From Candidatus Latescibacterota bacterium (GTDB lineage Bacteria; Latescibacterota; UBA2968; GCA-2709665): a stretch of 64,000 nt of DNA. Under the pieces are notes generated by a model. The model was not told the DNA's origin, searched no databases, and worked only from the letters and a program-made list of their open reading frames with translations. The stretch's first letter is position 1; every line of letters begins with the position of its first letter. Location: NCBI GenBank assembly GCA_965219995.1, contig CBDCOX010000002.1, positions 832,001 to 896,000 of the forward strand, given 5' to 3'. A program made the position numbers and the translations under genes. Positions 60,524 to 64,000 of the stretch are shown here, piece after piece.

Positions 60524-61933
60524 ATGAAGATGTTTGTCGATTCCCGCTGGATGGACAAGGGAGAGAAGATCGAAGTGCTGAATCCGTACGATGGCTCGGT
60601 GATCGACACGGTACCGCGGGCGGATAGCGCCGACGTTCAGGCCGCCCTCGCGACCGCGGCCAGGGGCGCGGAAATCATGGGGGCGATGCCGGCACACGAG
60701 CGATACCGCATTCTTCACCGCGCCGCGGATTTGATGGCGGACCGTCAGGAAGACTTCGGATGGACCATCTCCGCCGAAGAGGGAAAGATTATATCCGAGG
60801 GGCGCGGGGAAGCCGCAAGGGCGGTCGATACGATGACGCTTTCGGCTGAAGAGGCGAAACGGCTTTATGGAGAGACCATTCCGCTGGACGGCGCGACCGG
60901 TGCGGAGGGCAAATTCGGGTTTACCGTAAGGGTGCCCTGCGGCGTTGTCGTTGCCATTACACCATTTAATTTCCCCTTGAATCTGGTCTGCCACAAAGTT
61001 GGCCCAGCGCTGGCGGCCGGAAATTCCGTGATCGTAAAGCCGGCCACAGACACGCCTCTTTCCGCCATGAAGCTTGTGAAGGTGCTTCTGGACGCGGGCG
61101 CACCGGCCGAAGCCGTGCAGTGTATCACCGGGCCCGGCGGCGAAATTGGAGATATGCTGTCGTCCGATCCCAGAGTGCGTAAGATCTCCTTCACCGGCAG
61201 CAGGGACGTCGGCGAACAAATCTGCAGAACGGCAGGGCTGAAGAAGGTAACGATGGAACTGGGGTCCAATTCGCCGCTGATTGTGATGCCGGACGCCGAT
61301 CTGGAAAAGGTGGCTGAAGCGACAGCCGCGACCGGATTCGCAAATGCCGGGCAGGTCTGCATTTCAGCGCAGCGGGTAATGGTCAACAAGGACGTTTACG
61401 AGGACTTCATCGACGTACTCCGGCCTCGGGTGGAGGCCATGACAACGGGCGACCAACTGGATGAATCGGTATCCATGGGGCCGATGATTCGAGAGAACGA
61501 TGCGGTGCGGGTAAGCGACTGGATACACGAGGCGAGCCAGGGCGGCGCGAGGGTAATCGTGGGCGGAGACCGGAACGGTACATTACACACGCCCACGGTG
61601 GTCGCCGACGTCGATCCCAGGATGCGGATCTCCTGCGACGAACTCTTCGGCCCGGCCGTCGGACTGACCCGATTCGAAGCCATCGATGAGGCCATCGCCT
61701 CGGCCAACGACACGAATTACGGTTTGTCGGCCGCGCTGTTCACCGAGAATCTGGACCACGCGATGCAATTCGTTAACAAAGTGCAGTCAGGAAATATTAT
61801 GGTGAATTGGGGACCTCAATGGCGGGCGGACCTGATGCCGTACGGAGGACTCAAGGAAAGCGGTATGGGCAAGGAAGGCCCCAAGTACGCGGTGGAGGAG
61901 ATGACAGAGTTGAAGATGGTGGTTTTTCACTAA
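60524..61933 (+). CDS. Aldehyde dehydrogenase (lactaldehyde DH/GapN-like subgroup)
   Basis: ITPFNFP, FTGS, MELGSN, GQVCIS, ELFGP, PYGGLKESG. Confidence 0.95.
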   Translation: MKMFVDSRWMDKGEKIEVLNPYDGSVIDTVPRADSADVQAALATAARGAEIMGAMPAHERYRILHRAADLMADRQEDFGWTISAEEGKIISEGRGEAARAVDTMTLSAEEAKRLYGETIPLDGATGAEGKFGFTVRVPCGVVVAITPFNFPLNLVCHKVGPALAAGNSVIVKPATDTPLSAMKLVKVLLDAGAPAEAVQCITGPGGEIGDMLSSDPRVRKISFTGSRDVGEQICRTAGLKKVTMELGSNSPLIVMPDADLEKVAEATAATGFANAGQVCISAQRVMVNKDVYEDFIDVLRPRVEAMTTGDQLDESVSMGPMIRENDAVRVSDWIHEASQGGARVIVGGDRNGTLHTPTVVADVDPRMRISCDELFGPAVGLTRFEAIDEAIASANDTNYGLSAALFTENLDHAMQFVNKVQSGNIMVNWGPQWRADLMPYGGLKESGMGKEGPKYAVEEMTELKMVVFH

Positions 61934-62100
61934 TCGCAAGGGCGTGAACCCACCGGACGAAGGTCGAGGCGTGGAGACTGCAGGAAATGGGCGAATCCAG
62001 CCGTTCGAACGCCCTGCGTCGCGCGTGAACCGGTCGTATTCAGCGTTTGACCGCGAGTGAAATGCGCAGTTGTGTAAAATCAAGCCCGTTATCGGGCATC

Positions 62101-62135
62101 AAAAAAAGCGGAGTGCCCTGTTGGGGCTCCGCTTT
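62101..62135 (-). terminator. Intrinsic terminator of the HU/IHF gene
   Basis: Minus strand AAAGCGGAG-loop-CTCCGCTTTTTTT. Confidence 0.8.
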
Positions 62136-62250
62136 CTGCGTTTGCTATGAATCTATCCGGACGTGCGCCCGGCTGTTTCTTTGACGATTGAAACCCAGTG
62201 CGACGCCATGCCTGCAGAACCGGCCGGAGATTTCGTCATCTGTACAGAGG

Positions 62251-62565
62251 TCAGGAATCCATCTGATCGGTTGGATCGAGCGGCTGGTGGAGCGCTTTCT
62301 TGATGAGTACGCCGGCCTTGAAATAGCTCTTCTTCCGTGCGGGCACGTACACGATTTCACCTGTTCTTGGGTTGCGCGCCGCTGGTTTGGGCTTGGTATT
62401 CTTTACGCCCAGAACGCCGAAACCGCGAATCTCGATGCGGTCTCCTGAAATGAGGCTCTCGCGCATAGCCTTGAAGAGCGTGTCTACAACCTCGTAGGCG
62501 AGTTGCTTCTTCACGCCCAGGCGCTCGGAAATCTCGAGCGCCAGGTCTTTCTTGGTTGTTGTCAT
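62251..62565 (-). CDS. HU / integration host factor family protein (IHF-beta-like)
   Basis: TKKDL, RIEIRGFG, ARNPRTGE, FKAG; GGAGG RBS; candidate promoter TTGCAA-N18-TATATT at 62635-62606. Confidence 0.93.
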   Translation of the reverse strand: MTTTKKDLALEISERLGVKKQLAYEVVDTLFKAMRESLISGDRIEIRGFGVLGVKNTKPKPAARNPRTGEIVYVPARKKSYFKAGVLIKKALHQPLDPTDQMDS

Positions 62566-63094
62566 TTTCTCCTCCCGATTGGCCTGCTCGACTGAGCCGA
62601 AGCGTAATATAGACCCAAAGTGTCGATTGTTGCAAGAAAAAAATTTACTAGAAGTTACACGGATTTCCACCAAAACGGAACCGGGCTGCAGGATTCAGGT
62701 TTATCTGTAATTGATTGTTTTTAATAAACTTGCATGAAAACCCACATATCTTATTGAATTTTAAACACTTATACGAATTGTGTCTCGTTTGCTTTTTTCG
62801 TCGAGTGCGCCGACACGACACGGGGAGGCGTGTGGCCCCCGTACAATGCGGCGGTCCTCGGACCGACAATGCCCGCAATCGCCGATGCCGGCAACAGTCG
62901 TGCATGACGTTCGGTTTACGTCGTACTGGAGAGTCGGTTCTCTTGCGGTAGAATTTAACGGTGCGGGATCTTGCGCGGGAATTGGACGGCAGCCATCCGG
63001 CGATTCAGTGAGCCGTCGTTTCTTGAACCCCGGGATGCCCGGGCTGCGCATCGGAAACGAGCTATTGTATGTAGACCGGGGTGCGTGGCGGAGC

Positions 63095-64000
63095 TCAGCC
63101 GCTTCGCTGATTGCTCAAGGCCTCCAACAGGCGGTCGACGTGGTCAAATCCGTTCATGATGTGGGTGGACACCCGGATCCAGTGGGCCCCTTCGATCCTT
63201 TCCACCGGCACGGTGATCCGAAATCTCTCGTAGAGGTCGAGGCTCTCGAATCCATTTACGTGGAACGCCGAGATTGAACCGGACATGTCGGCGCCGGACG
63301 GTGTGAGCAGCCTTGCCCATCCTGTTTCCGCCAGGCTTTCCCGAAGATAGGCCGCCAGGGCCCTTCCTCTCTTCAGAATTCGTTGTTTGCCGACCTTTTC
63401 CTGGAAATCGACGGCGTCGCCCACGGCGGCGAATGCGGCCTGATCCCGGGTGCCCCAGTTCTCGAGCCCCCACATATACGGACGGTCGCCCAGTCTCAAC
63501 ACGCCGTGCCCATCACGCCTTGGGCCCTCGCGGCTATATCCCCAGCTAACGATGACATGATCCAACAGCTCTTGTACGCGTGGAGACGCATAGAGGAACC
63601 CCGTGCCTTTCGGCGCGCATAGCCACTTGTGACAATTGCCGCCGTAAAAATCACAATCCATTGCATCCAGATCCAGAGGGATCATGCCCGGGGCGTGGGC
63701 GCCGTCGACCGCCAACATCGCTCCGCGCTGGCGGGCAAGGCGCGCCAGCGCGCCAATTGGCGCGATCAGGCCGGTACGGGTGAAAATGTGACTGCAGAGG
63801 ACCAACCGGGTGCGGGCGGTGAATCCGACTTCAAAGGCATGCACAATATCATCGGGATTGTCCGTCGTCAGCGGAATCCGGGCGCGCTTCACGACGACCC
63901 CGCGGCGCCGTTCCACGTGATGCAGGCAGTGATCGATTGCGCCATATTCCTGGTCCGAGGCAAGTATCTCGTCTCCGGGGCGCCAACTCAGGCCATTGAT
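63095..64000 (-). CDS. Class V PLP enzyme, isopenicillin N epimerase/cysteine lyase-like (5' end outside the window)
   Basis: Frame open to the window edge (PGDEILASDQEY); VDGAHAPG, GNCHKWLCAPKGTG, GTRD. Confidence 0.9.
   Translation of the reverse strand: MNGLSWRPGDEILASDQEYGAIDHCLHHVERRRGVVVKRARIPLTTDNPDDIVHAFEVGFTARTRLVLCSHIFTRTGLIAPIGALARLARQRGAMLAVDGAHAPGMIPLDLDAMDCDFYGGNCHKWLCAPKGTGFLYASPRVQELLDHVIVSWGYSREGPRRDGHGVLRLGDRPYMWGLENWGTRDQAAFAAVGDAVDFQEKVGKQRILKRGRALAAYLRESLAETGWARLLTPSGADMSGSISAFHVNGFESLDLYERFRITVPVERIEGAHWIRVSTHIMNGFDHVDRLLEALSNQRSG

Noticed and set aside
62640-62790. Replication origin in the AT-rich tract
   Set aside because: No convincing TTATCCACA DnaA boxes and no dnaA/dnaN/gidA context

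Overview
GC-rich bacterial chromosomal window with dense coding and no integrase, transposase, prophage or CRISPR array that I can see. The gene mix (many hydantoinases, SDRs, PhyH and Gfo/Idh/MocA enzymes, a lamin-tail-domain protein with a FlgD-like C-terminus, and the lptCAB-rpoN order) suggests a diderm of the Latescibacterota/Gemmatimonadota/FCB neighbourhood; this is inference only. 1-36 kb is mostly accessory metabolism: a heterodimeric ABC exporter, two hydantoinase/oxoprolinase A-B pairs, an oxidoreductase run, BNR_4-rmlA-GH88, DUF547-arsS with arsC, a DegT-type aminotransferase and tRNA-Gly. 36-53 kb is largely housekeeping: FAD/Fe-S oxidoreductase, acyP, apt, tRNA-Arg, ruvX, mltG, pcrA, gatC, pyrG, lptC/A/B, rpoN. 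The best candidate for an undescribed system lies just after rpoN: a consensus sigma54 promoter (TGGCACAGTGATTGCA) in front of a ~1470-aa secreted protein with five lamin-tail domains carrying DxNxDG-type loops, a divergent stand-alone HPPD-like His/His/Glu protein, and downstream a small PC4-like protein, a sensor-less PP2C phosphatase and an HU/IHF gene with IHF-like sites upstream. The pyrG is of a divergent type, and the kds genes are missing from their usual place before lptC. Functional calls come from motif recognition by eye; no database search was run.
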